From an uncultured bacterium (GTDB lineage Bacteria; Muiribacteriota; Ozemobacteria; Ozemobacterales; Ozemobacteraceae), in contig CAZQUE010000014.1 in NCBI GenBank assembly GCA_964596185.1, positions 5,576-69,575 of the forward strand: DNA of 64,000 nucleotides. Reading direction: 5' to 3'. The notes beneath the pieces are model-generated. The model did not search any database. It saw only the letters and a program-made list of their open reading frames with translations, and was not told the origin of the DNA. Shown here one piece after another: positions 1 to 11,100 of the stretch. A program made the translations under genes and the position numbers. Every line of letters begins with the position of its first letter. The stretch's first letter is position 1.

Positions 1-2195
1 AGCACGGTAAACCAGTTGGCAAGACTTTCACTGCAGCCCAGATCAGGGTTTTTGCTTAACAGCAGATGAATTTCAGCCAAAGGCTCGGTTTCTTTGGCAA
101 GTCTTTCTTCTTCGCCACATACAACCAGAAGGTCTTCTGCTCGCGTAAAGGCTACGTAGAGTTTGCGGCGGTCTTCGCTGCTGGCGGCAGTTTCATCTGC
201 TTCAACATACGAACAGAGAGCTTCAGAAAAACCTTTCCGCCCAGGCTGTTCGGGATCAGCGACCATCAGACCAAGCTCACGATCGAAGTAAATTTTGTCA
301 CTGGCTTTGTATGATCTCGATTTAAGAAAAGGGCAGATAACGACAGGGAATTCAAGCCCCTTGGATTTATGAATCGTCATGATCTTGAGAGCGTCGCCTT
401 CTTCCAGGCCAAGCCCGGCTTCTTCTTCGTCGATTCCCGAAAGTAAAATGCGCTCGATGAATCCGAGAAAATCACGCAGCGATGTGAAAATACCGCGTTG
501 CTCAAAATTGCGAACAATACCAAGGAATTTATTCAGGTTGTTTTCCATTCGCCGCCGCTTCAGTTCTGATTCTTGAGCAGCAGCATATTCAAAAAATCCA
601 GCCTGCTCAATTATGCTGTGGCACAATTCAATTAAGCCAGGTTTTGAACTGCGATTTTTAAGAAAAACATAGAGCTTTCTGAATTCAAGCACTTTAGCAG
701 GCAAAGCCGCTTCAGGCTGAGCCAACAGATGTGGCAGTAGCGAGGTTTTTTCGCTTCTTCCGGCTACTGCGAGTTCGGCAAGTTCGGAGTCTTTCAATCC
801 ATACAGCGGACCAGTAAGGATCTTGGCTGTTGAGTAATCGTCTTCTGGTTGAACCAGAAGCTTCAGAAAAGCAAGAATTTCTTCAATTTCGCTTCGAGCA
901 TAAAAACTGAACCCTCCGGAAAGCAAATATGGAATCTGTCTGGCGGCCAGACAATCTTCAAATTCATGGGGTAGGGCTTTTACACTGTTGAGTATGATTG
1001 CAATATCGCCATAGCGACAGGGGCGTTTTTCGCCACTATGCTTGTCGGTGATCGCCAATCCTGAGGTTACGATTCTTTGAATGAATCCGGTGAGTTCTTC
1101 GCATATTTGGCCCGGGGTCATATCTTTAGAGCTTGTAAAACAACAGACAGCAGGTTTAACCGGAGAGTTGCCTCTTCTTGCAGTTTGAGGGGCAGAAAGC
1201 GGTCCGGGTTCGCCGCCATTAAGCAGAAAAAGATCGGCAAGCTGGATAATTTCACTATATGACCTGAAATTTTCACGTAAAATAATGTCGGTGTCACTGT
1301 TGAATCGCCTGAATGTCTCGATGTCTGCTCCCTGGAACCTGTAAATGCTTTGCTTTTCGTCGCCGACAACGCTGATATGCCCATCATTATTGCGGCAAAA
1401 AAGATTTACGATTTCAAGTTGATCAGGGTTGTTATCTTGAAATTCGTCGATTAGAAAGACTCTGCTGCGGCTTTTTTCACCGCTGGCTGCCTGTTCTTTG
1501 ATCAATTCTCGACCACGAAGCAGAATCTCGTCAAAATCAAGCAAATTGCGGGTTTGCAGTTCTTCAATATAATAGGTGTAAAAACGAAAAAGCCATTCAA
1601 GACAGTTGCGTTCGAGCTCACTTGTTTCACGCTTTTTAAAACGGTCTCGGCTGAGTTGGTAAAACTCTGCGGGCTTGAGAAGATAGCGCCTGATGTTGCT
1701 GAGAGCATCGGGAAACTCCTTGATTAGCCTGGCTGCAATGTTTGCGCCAAGCTTTTCCTTGCCGGAAACTATTTCTTCGCCGTGTAGCTCTGCAAATTTA
1801 TCTCTCAGATCACTGAGAATGAGCTGGCGGTCATTTTCGGCAATAACTGCATCAGAGCGATCTATACCTGCACCAAATGGGTCCTTTTTCAAAAAATCAC
1901 CAATAAATGCATGGAAGGTGGAAACTTTCATGTCGCGCAGCAAAGTTGCCGGCAGGCGTCGTCGCTCGATCAGGCGAGCCTTCATTTCTGCCGCTGCTTT
2001 TTGGGTATAGGTTATGGCTACAAGTTCATCGGGGGCAATGTCGTTGTTAAGCATACTGACAATGCGCCGGGTTAAAACTTCGGTTTTGCCAGAGCCTGCT
2101 CCGGCGGCGATGCGCAGGCGGCCAGCGGGTGGACTGGCAACAGCTTTCTTCTGATCTTCGGTAAGGCCTTCAATAAGTTTGCTCAGATCACTCAT
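1..2195 (-). CDS. UvrD/REP-family ATP-dependent helicase, AdnB/AddA-like; C-terminus runs off the left edge (missing from ORF track)
   Basis: Hand translation of the reverse strand from ATG at 2195: MSDLSKLIEGLTEDQKKAV...IAAGAGSGKTEVLTRR (Walker A), AITYTQKAAAEM, IDEFQDNN (Walker B), VVGDEKQSIYRFQG, IMTIHKSKGLEFP, RRKLYVAFTRAED. Start overlaps the stop of the upstream gene (ATGAGTGA). Confidence 0.9.
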   Translation of the reverse strand, partial: MSDLSKLIEGLTEDQKKAVASPPAGRLRIAAGAGSGKTEVLTRRIVSMLNNDIAPDELVAITYTQKAAAEMKARLIERRRLPATLLRDMKVSTFHAFIGDFLKKDPFGAGIDRSDAVIAENDRQLILSDLRDKFAELHGEEIVSGKEKLGANIAARLIKEFPDALSNIRRYLLKPAEFYQLSRDRFKKRETSELERNCLEWLFRFYTYYIEELQTRNLLDFDEILLRGRELIKEQAASGEKSRSRVFLIDEFQDNNPDQLEIVNLFCRNNDGHISVVGDEKQSIYRFQGADIETFRRFNSDTDIILRENFRSYSEIIQLADLFLLNGGEPGPLSAPQTARRGNSPVKPAVCCFTSSKDMTPGQICEELTGFIQRIVTSGLAITDKHSGEKRPCRYGDIAIILNSVKALPHEFEDCLAARQIPYLLSGGFSFYARSEIEEILAFLKLLVQPEDDYSTAKILTGPLYGLKDSELAELAVAGRSEKTSLLPHLLAQPEAALPAKVLEFRKLYVFLKNRSSKPGLIELCHSIIEQAGFFEYAAAQESELKRRRMENNLNKFLGIVRNFEQRGIFTSLRDFLGFIERILLSGIDEEEAGLGLEEGDALKIMTIHKSKGLEFPVVICPFLKSRSYKASDKIYFDRELGLMVADPEQPGRKGFSEALCSYVEADETAASSEDRRKLYVAFTRAEDLLVVCGEEERLAKETEPLAEIHLLLSKNPDLGCSESLANWFTV

Positions 2196-5100
2196 TTTCA
2201 GACCTCACATTTTCAGGCCTCACATAACGCAGTTGCTCGAGGCGTTCCTGGCAGAAAGCGAAAAATTCACATTTTGGTTTGCGCTGACGATCGAATTGCA
2301 GGCATGACCGGGCATCGGAATGGCCCGAAGGACGACAGTCAAACTTCTGATTTAACCGGATTTCGTCGAGAATTTTGCGCATTTGATCTTCAAATCTGGC
2401 AAATGCATTTTCACTTACCTCTATGCCGAACTCAGGGCCGCAGCCAAGATTCAGGGCGCTGCCCCGCATGAACCCCGGTGCCATGTTTCCGGTCTGCCTT
2501 TTGTAAAGACCAAGGCGCACATAAAGCATGATTGCGCTGGCATTCTTCTTATACCCATGCCGGCAGGCAAGCAGATACAATGGCATCTGAATTTCTGCAG
2601 GCAGACCTTCTTCCGGAAAAGCCTGCTCGTAAATTTTGGCCGAGTTCTTGGGTTGATTAGTGGTTGTCTTATAGTCAACAACAAAAAGACCTGATTCAGT
2701 TTCGATCAATCGGTCAAATCTTCCTCTAAAACGGCAGCCATGGAAAGTGAAGCTGAAGTCAGATTCGACTCCCCTGGTAATTCGTGGTGGAACCTGAAAA
2801 TTCTGGTAAACCGCATTTATATAATCTGGAAGGGTCTCTTTTATGCTTTCTATTTCCTGATGACGTTGAAAAAAGTCAAGTTCGTGCAAAATCGGCAGGG
2901 CTTTTTCCTGCAAAAGATTGTCCTGGTCATCTGCATCAGGAAACTTGCCTTGCTCCCAGATACTGCCCGGTCGGTGAAGTTCTTCGAGAATAGCATGAAA
3001 TGCGTTTCCTGTTTGAAACCATGATTGTTTTGCCTGAAGAGGATCTTTTATTTTCAGCACATTCAGAAAGAAAAAGCGCCGGGGGCAATCGAGGTAGTTT
3101 TTAAGTGAACTGGCCGAAAAAACAAAATTTTCGGGCAGAGAAACCTCGTTTAGCTCAGCATTTATAAACTGTCTCGGCCTAACCCCGTAAACCGAGTTCT
3201 CGTCGCGAATAATCTTTTCGTAGTGCTGAATTTGCGGTTCAAGCTGTTGAAGTTTTTCTTTGCCGAGAAGCGCAAGTCTGGTTCGAAATTCGCTTAAATT
3301 AAGCGGTCTTGCTTCAATTTCTTCGCTTCTTGGCTGAAGCCCGATTTCTTTCAGGTATGGCGCGGGAATAGCCGGATCAGTACCAATTCTAAGCGGAAAC
3401 GATAGCAATAGTCCCTCTTTGGCGCGAGTCAGCGCAACGAAGAACAGCCTTCTTTCTTCTTCAAGATGGTCTTCGTGGCTGGTCGGATAAGGGTTGAAAA
3501 AATTTACGGGCCGGAGTTGAGAATTAAAAGATTTTTTTAAATTTTCGATTGTTGCCGTGCTTATCAACAGATTCTCGCGAAGTTTTACCGGAAATTGCCC
3601 TTCTGCCAATCCTGGGACAGCTACTACCGGAAATTCCAACCCTTTTGACTGATGAACGGTCATGATTCTGACGCCGTTGCTGGCAGTGGATTGTTCCTGT
3701 TCGAGGGTCGAAGCATAATAGGTTAGCCATTCGTCGAATTCGCCAATCAGGTCAGAGACGAGTGCTTCGCGATGATGTTGACGTTGAAAAAGTTCCGTAT
3801 AGTCGGCAATCATGTTGCGAAAATGCAGCGTATTTCTTGCTTCTGCCGAAGATGGATCCGACAGCAGGTCTGGCAAGGTTAGTAACAATCGGGCAAACAC
3901 CGCGTTAAGAGATTGCTCGGAGCATTGTTCAAGAAGATGTATGGTTTCTGCAAAATACTGGGCTCGCAAAATATTTTCTTCAGAGGCTTCGGGAAGTTCT
4001 GAATAATCCTGAGCGCTTATCTTTTCCAGAAACCAGGTTAAAGGTTTTGATGGATTTATTTCAGCAATGACAGCCTGAATCCATAACGGATCAATTTTGA
4101 AAAGCGGAGAAACAAAAGCTCTTTGTATTGCGGTTTCTCTGTCTGTTCCAGACAAGGCCGCTATTTTCAATAGCGAAGCCAGAACAATGATTTCTTCTGA
4201 CCTGAAAAACTTCATGTCACCGGCAATTTCAAAGGGAATATGCAATGCCTGCAAGTTCTCGGCAAGCAAATCAATCTGATAATTGTTGCGCACCAAAATC
4301 GCGATATCTTCAGGTTTATAGGTCCGTTTTTCGCCATAAATTAGTAGGGCTGCAATTTTACGGGTAAGAAATCTTGCCTCTTCAAGCTCATCACGAGCAT
4401 TAAATAGTTGAACAAAGCCAATTTCTTCACTCTTTGCCTCAAGTTGCGGATCATCTTTGCTTTTGTTTTTCCAGGCAAGTCGTGAGGCGACTTCAACTAT
4501 CTCTCTTGAACATCGATAATTCAATTGCAGAGGAAAAACCCTGGCTTTGAAATCCTGTTTGAACGGACCGGCCTTGGTCATCATGTCTGGGTCGGCACCG
4601 CGAAAGCGATAAATGCTCTGATGGGGGTCGCCGATAACTGCGATTCTGGCTTTCTCATCTTTGCCGCTGAGCAATGAAAGCAGCAGATACTGTGCCGGGT
4701 CGGTATCCTGAAATTCATCGACAAGAATTATCTTGAATTTTTCGCGATAAATTGCTGCCGCTTCGGGTATCTGCAAAACCTTTATGCTCAAAGAAATAAG
4801 GTCGCGAAAATCAAGATATCCACATTTTTTGCGCTCATTTTCATAAAAACGATAGAGGCTGGCGATTTCTTTAAGCCGGTTTCTGGTTCTGGTTGAGAGC
4901 TCGCTTTGTTTTTCGATGATTGCACTGAAATCATCATGACTGACCAGATTTGATTTGAGCAGTGAAATGAAGGTGAGTATCTCCTGCTGGAAACCTCTTT
5001 TTTGCAAAACCTTGCCGAATTCAAAAAATGCCTGCGCATCTTGTCGGGCACAGATGCCAGACATTAGCAAGGCTTCCTTGAAGCCGGTCAAAAGTTTGAA

Positions 5101-5427
5101 GTCGGGTTGAACGAAGATTCGATAGTATTGCTCGCGCAAAATACGTGCGCAAAAAGAATGAAATGTCGATATCCAGCATTGATCGAAGCTCTGCGGAAAG
5201 TATTCGAGAACACGTTCGCGTAGCTCATTGGCGGCTTTATCAGAGAAGGTCAATGCCAGTATTTCTTTCAGCCGCACGCCGGAGTGCAGTAGGTTGCCGA
5301 TCAGAACGGCAATGGTCCGGGTTTTTCCGGTGCCAGGACCGGCAACGATAAGCGACGGCCGGTTGAATTTTTTTATAACATCCGACTGTTGTTGATTCAG
5401 GCGGGCGAGATCTTCACTCAGGCTCAT
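2188..5427 (-). CDS. UvrD-type helicase fused to C-terminal PD-(D/E)XK (RecB-like) nuclease with putative Fe-S cysteines; AdnA/AddB-like
   Basis: AGPGTGKT, LTFSDKAA, STFHSF, VDEFQDTD, GDPHQSIYRFRGA, LQLNYR, MTVHQSKGLEFP, EERRLFFVALTRAK; nuclease motifs SASSLKNYLDCPRRF, GRFDRL, VVDYKT; C-terminal Cys cluster ending CEFFAFC. Confidence 0.9.
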   Translation of the reverse strand: MSLSEDLARLNQQQSDVIKKFNRPSLIVAGPGTGKTRTIAVLIGNLLHSGVRLKEILALTFSDKAANELRERVLEYFPQSFDQCWISTFHSFCARILREQYYRIFVQPDFKLLTGFKEALLMSGICARQDAQAFFEFGKVLQKRGFQQEILTFISLLKSNLVSHDDFSAIIEKQSELSTRTRNRLKEIASLYRFYENERKKCGYLDFRDLISLSIKVLQIPEAAAIYREKFKIILVDEFQDTDPAQYLLLSLLSGKDEKARIAVIGDPHQSIYRFRGADPDMMTKAGPFKQDFKARVFPLQLNYRCSREIVEVASRLAWKNKSKDDPQLEAKSEEIGFVQLFNARDELEEARFLTRKIAALLIYGEKRTYKPEDIAILVRNNYQIDLLAENLQALHIPFEIAGDMKFFRSEEIIVLASLLKIAALSGTDRETAIQRAFVSPLFKIDPLWIQAVIAEINPSKPLTWFLEKISAQDYSELPEASEENILRAQYFAETIHLLEQCSEQSLNAVFARLLLTLPDLLSDPSSAEARNTLHFRNMIADYTELFQRQHHREALVSDLIGEFDEWLTYYASTLEQEQSTASNGVRIMTVHQSKGLEFPVVAVPGLAEGQFPVKLRENLLISTATIENLKKSFNSQLRPVNFFNPYPTSHEDHLEEERRLFFVALTRAKEGLLLSFPLRIGTDPAIPAPYLKEIGLQPRSEEIEARPLNLSEFRTRLALLGKEKLQQLEPQIQHYEKIIRDENSVYGVRPRQFINAELNEVSLPENFVFSASSLKNYLDCPRRFFFLNVLKIKDPLQAKQSWFQTGNAFHAILEELHRPGSIWEQGKFPDADDQDNLLQEKALPILHELDFFQRHQEIESIKETLPDYINAVYQNFQVPPRITRGVESDFSFTFHGCRFRGRFDRLIETESGLFVVDYKTTTNQPKNSAKIYEQAFPEEGLPAEIQMPLYLLACRHGYKKNASAIMLYVRLGLYKRQTGNMAPGFMRGSALNLGCGPEFGIEVSENAFARFEDQMRKILDEIRLNQKFDCRPSGHSDARSCLQFDRQRKPKCEFFAFCQERLEQLRYVRPENVRSENE

Positions 5428-5828
5428 CAGTTAACCGGGTATACCAGATCGAAATCAGCTGATCCGGTGACGAAATAGAGTATGCTGTGATGAATGATGT
5501 CGGAAACCAAAAGGCTTGCCCCGATTACTATTGTTGAATCAGAGAATCTGGAGCGTCTGAAAGCCGGAAAAATGGCAACAAGAAGCAACATCAGCAGGCC
5601 GATGTAGCCATGATGAATGCGAATGCCAAAAGTCAGTTTCCCGACCGTCGAAGCGGTACTTTCGGTAGATTTCAGACCAAAACCAAAACGAAACAACAGG
5701 GTGATGGTTTCGATGACAAAAGTTAGAATGAAAGTCGCTTTCAATCTGTCTTTGCAAAAAGATTCCATTATTTCAGATAAAGTTTTCATATTGCCTGCAA
5801 TTTTATTATTATTGACCATTTGCTTCAA
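5427..5828 (-). CDS. Small integral membrane protein with two His-His motifs; start uncertain
   Basis: About three hydrophobic segments; IHHGYIG and IIHHSIL; stop overlaps helicase start (TGATG). Confidence 0.65.
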   Translation of the reverse strand: MKQMVNNNKIAGNMKTLSEIMESFCKDRLKATFILTFVIETITLLFRFGFGLKSTESTASTVGKLTFGIRIHHGYIGLLMLLLVAIFPAFRRSRFSDSTIVIGASLLVSDIIHHSILYFVTGSADFDLVYPVN

Positions 5829-5962
5829 CCAATTTTATCGCTGGATGATCGAACCGGAATTGTGTTAAAAATTAATTGAATAAAACTTGCCGAATTCTGC
5901 AACGAATTGACAGAATCAGACGTCTTTATTGAAAATGAGAAAAAATTGTCAGAGATGAGATC

Positions 5963-8041
5963 TTGATGAAATACCGAATAATAGTTGTTTCTCTGTTTTT
6001 CTGGGTTTTCTTTTTGTCGGTGTCTGCTATGGCTCAGCCAGGCAGAATTGTTGTTGTCGGCATTTATCAGAACCCGCCCAAGGTGTATGCCGATGAAAAC
6101 GGCAATGCCAAAGGCTTTTTTGTTGATCTTATCAGGGAAATCGCACGCCTGGAAGGCTGGGATCTTAGATTCAGTCTTGATTCCTGGACAAATAATCTGA
6201 AGAAACTCGAGAATGGCGAAATCGATCTGATGACCGACGTCGCCTATTCTGAGAGTCGTCTTGAAAAATTCGACTATAACAATGAAACCGTTGTTTCAGA
6301 CTGGTTTCAGGCCTACGCCGCTTCAGACGTAAAGATTAACAGCATTCTCGATCTTGATAAGATGCGAATAGCTGTTTTAGCCGATTCAATCCAGCTGGAT
6401 TATTTAAAAAGCTGGATAAAGAATCTTGGACAAAATTGTGAAGTTGTTGAACGTAACGACTACCAGCTCATTTTTCAGGCAGTAAAAAACGGTGAGGCTG
6501 ATGTACTGCTGACCAATCGCTTCGCCGGCAAACTTCTGGGTCCTAAATACGGTGTGAAAGAAACATCTCTGATTTTCAATCCGACCAGCTTGCATTTTGC
6601 TGCCGGCAAGGGTAAAAATGCCGATTTGCTTGCTCGGATAGATCGCCATCTCAAAAGCTGGAAACATGATTCCCAGTCGTTTTATTATCGTTGCCTTACC
6701 GGCAATCTCAGTGAAAAGACGGATTATAAAACACCGCGCTGGCTCATTAACCTGGTATCTTCACTGATAATTCTTATTCTTTCAGCGGTTCTGGTGGTTT
6801 ATTTTTTTCGCCTGAAGCTTAGCCAGCGTACTGCAGAGTTATCTTTGAGCAATCAAAGGTTGCAGCAGGCCCTTAAAGAATTGAAAGACGCTCATGAAAA
6901 GGCGGTAAACCAGGAGAGACTGAACGCATTGGGGCAAATGGCCAGTGGTATTGCCCATGATTTTAACAACATTCTGACTCCGGTGACCGGTTTTTCAGAA
7001 ATGCTGATCGATTCTCCAGATATGCTTGAAGACAAAGAGCAGTTGATTGATTATTTGAAATCAATCAGGGATGCCGGATATGACGGGGTCGAATTGGTAA
7101 AGAGAATGAAGAGCTTTTACCGCATGCAGGAAGTCAGTCAGGAAAAACAAAATACCGACCTCAATGAGCTTGTACACAAGGTTATTCAACTTACCCGGCC
7201 ACGTTGGAAAGAACAGACCCAGAAAGAAGGGCGTGCCGTTGAAATTGAATTCTTCGGTGAAGCTAAAGAAAAAATAGCTGTTTTTCCCAGTCTGGTCAGA
7301 GAAGTCCTTGTAAACATTCTTTTCAATGCCGTTGATGCCATGCCTGAAGGTGGCCGCATTTCAATTCGAACTTTTGACGAGAGTGAATATATTGGCGTTT
7401 CAATCAGGGATACCGGCCATGGAATGACCCCGGAAGTTCTAAATAATTGTTTTAAAGCTTTCTACACGACCAAGGGAGAACATGGCACCGGTATCGGCCT
7501 GAGCATGGTCAAAGAAATCTGTGAGCAGCATGATGCCAGACTTGAGGTCGAGTCTTCACCAGGCGTTGGCACTGAATTTCGGATTCTCTTTCCGTTAAAT
7601 GCAGGGGCCGCGAGAGTTAAAGCAGAAAAAACAGGTATTCTGATAAATCAGAGTTTGAAAGTTCTTGTGGTTGACGATGACGCCAGAGTTCTTAGGGTAA
7701 CTGAAGCGATGTTGAAAAACGAAGGACATCAACTTACGTGCTTTACTGATGCGACAAAGGCAATTTCAGAAGCTCTGGAAACAGATTTTGACTTGGTCAT
7801 CACTGATTTTTCAATGCCGGATTTTACCGGATTGCAGCTTATTAAGGAAATAAGAAGAAAAAAGCCATTGCAGAAGTGTTTGTTATTGTCGGGTTCTAAT
7901 ATCGAAGAGGCGATGTTTGAACTTCACGAGTTAGGCGTAAGGGTGATTGAAAAGCCTTTGCGAATAAATAACTTCAATGAATTCCTGATCGACGTTTTCC
8001 AAAAGAGTCTTGAGCCGCTAAGGAATAAGGGTTCAGTCTAA
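5963..8041 (+). CDS. Hybrid sensor histidine kinase: periplasmic substrate-binding (family 3-like) domain, TM, HisKA, HATPase, receiver
   Basis: Signal peptide; VGIYQNPP/GEIDLM/GEADV SBP-like motifs; H-box GIAHDFNNIL; N-box NILFNAVDAM; DTGHGM, FYTTK, GTGIGL; receiver VLVVDDD...DLVITDFSMP. Confidence 0.9.
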   Translation: MMKYRIIVVSLFFWVFFLSVSAMAQPGRIVVVGIYQNPPKVYADENGNAKGFFVDLIREIARLEGWDLRFSLDSWTNNLKKLENGEIDLMTDVAYSESRLEKFDYNNETVVSDWFQAYAASDVKINSILDLDKMRIAVLADSIQLDYLKSWIKNLGQNCEVVERNDYQLIFQAVKNGEADVLLTNRFAGKLLGPKYGVKETSLIFNPTSLHFAAGKGKNADLLARIDRHLKSWKHDSQSFYYRCLTGNLSEKTDYKTPRWLINLVSSLIILILSAVLVVYFFRLKLSQRTAELSLSNQRLQQALKELKDAHEKAVNQERLNALGQMASGIAHDFNNILTPVTGFSEMLIDSPDMLEDKEQLIDYLKSIRDAGYDGVELVKRMKSFYRMQEVSQEKQNTDLNELVHKVIQLTRPRWKEQTQKEGRAVEIEFFGEAKEKIAVFPSLVREVLVNILFNAVDAMPEGGRISIRTFDESEYIGVSIRDTGHGMTPEVLNNCFKAFYTTKGEHGTGIGLSMVKEICEQHDARLEVESSPGVGTEFRILFPLNAGAARVKAEKTGILINQSLKVLVVDDDARVLRVTEAMLKNEGHQLTCFTDATKAISEALETDFDLVITDFSMPDFTGLQLIKEIRRKKPLQKCLLLSGSNIEEAMFELHELGVRVIEKPLRINNFNEFLIDVFQKSLEPLRNKGSV

Positions 8042-8044
8042 TCA

Positions 8045-8073
8045 TTGCACTTGCCTGCATCTAAAGTTAGAAT
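8045..8073 (+). promoter_or_regulatory. Putative sigma70 promoter for the a2M-pbpC operon
   Basis: TTGCAC (8045-8050)-N17-TAGAAT (8068-8073); GAGGTG SD before ATG 8105. Confidence 0.55.
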
Positions 8074-8104
8074 GTCGGCAGAAAGAAATCAAGAGGTGCG
8101 GCAA

Positions 8105-11100
8105 ATGATTAGAAATCTCACTCTTCGTGCATTAACAGTCTGTTTTTTTCTGACTATCCTTGGGCTTGGCTATGTACAGGCTGCCGGCCTTGGCCTGACT
8201 TATCAGACCTCGGCAGCAGGTTCATTACAGCCGTCTAACTGGCAACTGCGACTCGAATTCGATCGGCCGGTTTCGATTATCGAATTGTCGAAACGGGTCG
8301 AATTGCAAACAAATGGCCGAAAAGCTGAGTTTAAAGTGGTTAACGCCACTGATTTGGGCGAACCTGAAGCCAGCAAGGCTCTTCCCTCAGAAAGATATGT
8401 TTTTGTTCTGAAACCGGCTAAAGAAAGTGAAGCTTCCGGCAGCTGCCGCATCATTATCGATGAAAAGCTTACTTCGGCCGACAAAAAGTCGCGCCTGAAC
8501 AAAAAGCATGAGATAATTTTCCAAACCGCAGTTGGCACGACACTGCTTGGAAGTGAACCCTATTTTAATTCCAAAAGTGATAAGGGTGTGCGCATTTATC
8601 TTTCTGACCGGGTAAAGGATTATGCCCTGAAAAAACAGCTTCGCATTTTTCCACCGGTCGGTCATTTTACCGTGGATCGACAGTATTCGCGAAATCGAAA
8701 CGAATACCATATTGCCGGCAAGTTCATTACCGGACAAAAATACAGTGTCGAAATTCTAGGCGGATCGACTGGCGAGAAAGAGCCGGTTCTCAATCCTTGT
8801 AAATTTGACTTCCTGTCATGCGGCCCGAAGCCAGAAATACGCTTTGCTGCTGATCGCAGCGTTCTCGAACTCAAAAGTCGGCAATTGGTGCCGCTGAGCT
8901 TTGCCAATGTCGGCAATTTTAGGGTGCAGCTGATGAAGGTGCCTGCATATTTTGCACCTTTATTCGATGCTCTGGCCATTTTTCCCGAAGTCGAAGAGAA
9001 GCGACCGACAGAAGTAACTTCTTATCGACTGGAAGGAGATGGCAAAAAAGCTGTTGAAGCTGCTGCCGCCGAACTGGACAATTTGATGCTTAGTTGCGTT
9101 AACCGCTTTGCCGAGCTTAAAAAGTTGCCAGATGTAGAAAAGATAGTTGGTTTGAGTGAATTTCTGGCTCCCGAATTTTCTTCATCCAGCGAAGGGTACA
9201 TGGGGTCTGAAGATTCTGATAATGAGTATTTTTTCTCGTTACCACTCGATTCCCGAACCGATCCGACCAAGGGCGGTGGCGTTATCATAAGAGTCAATGA
9301 GGCTGATGTTGAAAATGGTCAGCAGGCTTCAAGGCTTTTCCAATTAACCGATCTTTCCATTGCCTATAAATTCAGCCGCAACGAAATTCTTTTGTGGGTA
9401 ACCTCTATAGAAAGCGGTAAGCCGTTGCCTGGTATCAGCACGATGCTTTTGACAAAAGACGGCCTGAGTATTTTTCCGGGAAAAACCGATAAGGACGGTT
9501 TGCTAATAGTCAAACAGGATCAGGAGTATCCAACGATTTCCTGGAAAGAAAATACGCCAGAGGTTGCCAAAACAAGACCTGTAATAACCGACCTGCTCGT
9601 CGCTGCAGCTGCAAGCTCTGATGACAGCAGTTTTGTCCGCTTGAGCAGCAATCGTTTCATTCCCTCTTCCGTAAATATGGCATTTCCAGATCAGAAGTCA
9701 GAATTGGGCGCAAAGGGCCATGTTTTTACCGAACGCGGCGTTTACAAGCAGGGAGAAACCGTTTTCTGGAAGGCGACCCTACGCGAATACATCAATAAAA
9801 CCATTCAGCCGGTGAGTGGCGAAAAAGTTCTGGTGAGAATTTCTGACCCACGCGGCGAAGACATTTTTGATGAAGAACTTGAGCTGAGCCCATTCGGTAC
9901 CTGTAATGGCTCGCTCGATCTTAAAAGCTATGCACCTCTGGGCCAGTATAATCTGCGATTGTATCGATTGATCAAGACTGCAAAAACGAATCGTAAAGGC
10001 CTTGACCCCGCCTGGGATTTCCTGATGAATCGCCCACCCACCAAGGTAGAGGGAAAACCAGGGGAAAATACCGAGTCGGAAGAAGTCGAAGCGCTTTTGA
10101 CTTCAACCGGCTTTCAGGTTCAGGAGTTTGAGCCTCCGCGTCATTATGTTGAAATCAATACCCGCCTCGATACCAGAAAAGTTAAGGTTGTAGTAGGTCA
10201 GGAAACTGATCAGCCCTTCGTCGAGTGCCGCATCAAAGGTCTTTACTATACCGGAGGCCCGCTCAGACATGCTAAGGTTCAGTGGACCGCGCACCTGACC
10301 GAACGTGACAACAGCCAGAAAGATTTTCCGTTGTTTCAGTTCGGCTATAATGAACCATTCAAAGATTTGATTGAATCTGGTAACTCGGTTCTTGATAAAA
10401 ATGGTGAGCTGATCGTGGCGATTCCTGTTTCAAAAGAAGTTTTAAGCGGTTTGAACAGTATTGAAATCAGCGCAACCGTTCTTGATGTCGATGCCAGGCC
10501 TTCAACTGGAGTTGAAAGGTTTTCACATCAGCCGCAATTTAAAGTTGGAATCGGAAAGTTGCCCGGTTCATTGGCTCAGGGCCAGGAATTCCCTCTTCAG
10601 GTGCTGGTGCTGGATCAGAACAGTCGGAAAATAAATAGCGGCGAGATAAAACTTGAGATTATGCGCAAGAAATGGTTTTACACCCAGAAACGCGATGCCA
10701 ATGGCGGAATTTATTACCATTGGGCCAGCGGCTGGATGCGGAATCAGAGCGCAACAGCTCAGATAAAAGGCGATTTTGCCACCTTCGACCTAATTCTTGC
10801 TGAAGGCGGCGATTACATGGTTCAGGCTACTTACAAAAACGCCGATGCCGAATACAAATCGGCATATAGCTTTTATGTTGATTACTCATTCTCCAGCTTC
10901 GATGACCTGAATAACGTTTCAAGGGTTCGCAGCGACAATGAAATCATTCTTCTGGCAGATAAATCTGTGGCTGCGATTAATGAAAAAGTTAAGATAAGAT
11001 ATTCTCTGCCGGCGGTTTGTGAATTTGCACTGCTTACCGCTGAAACGGACGGAATTCTTCGTGCTCGTGTGGTCAAACTCGACAGGGCTCAGGGCGAGTT

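Noticed and set aside
66-2010. Short plus/minus ORFs in the track over 1-2.2 kb
   Set aside because: They are shadows of the long minus-strand helicase frame (1-2195), which carries all the UvrD motifs.
5907-5936. TTGACA upstream of the sensor kinase
   Set aside because: No convincing -10 at 16-18 nt spacing; not called.
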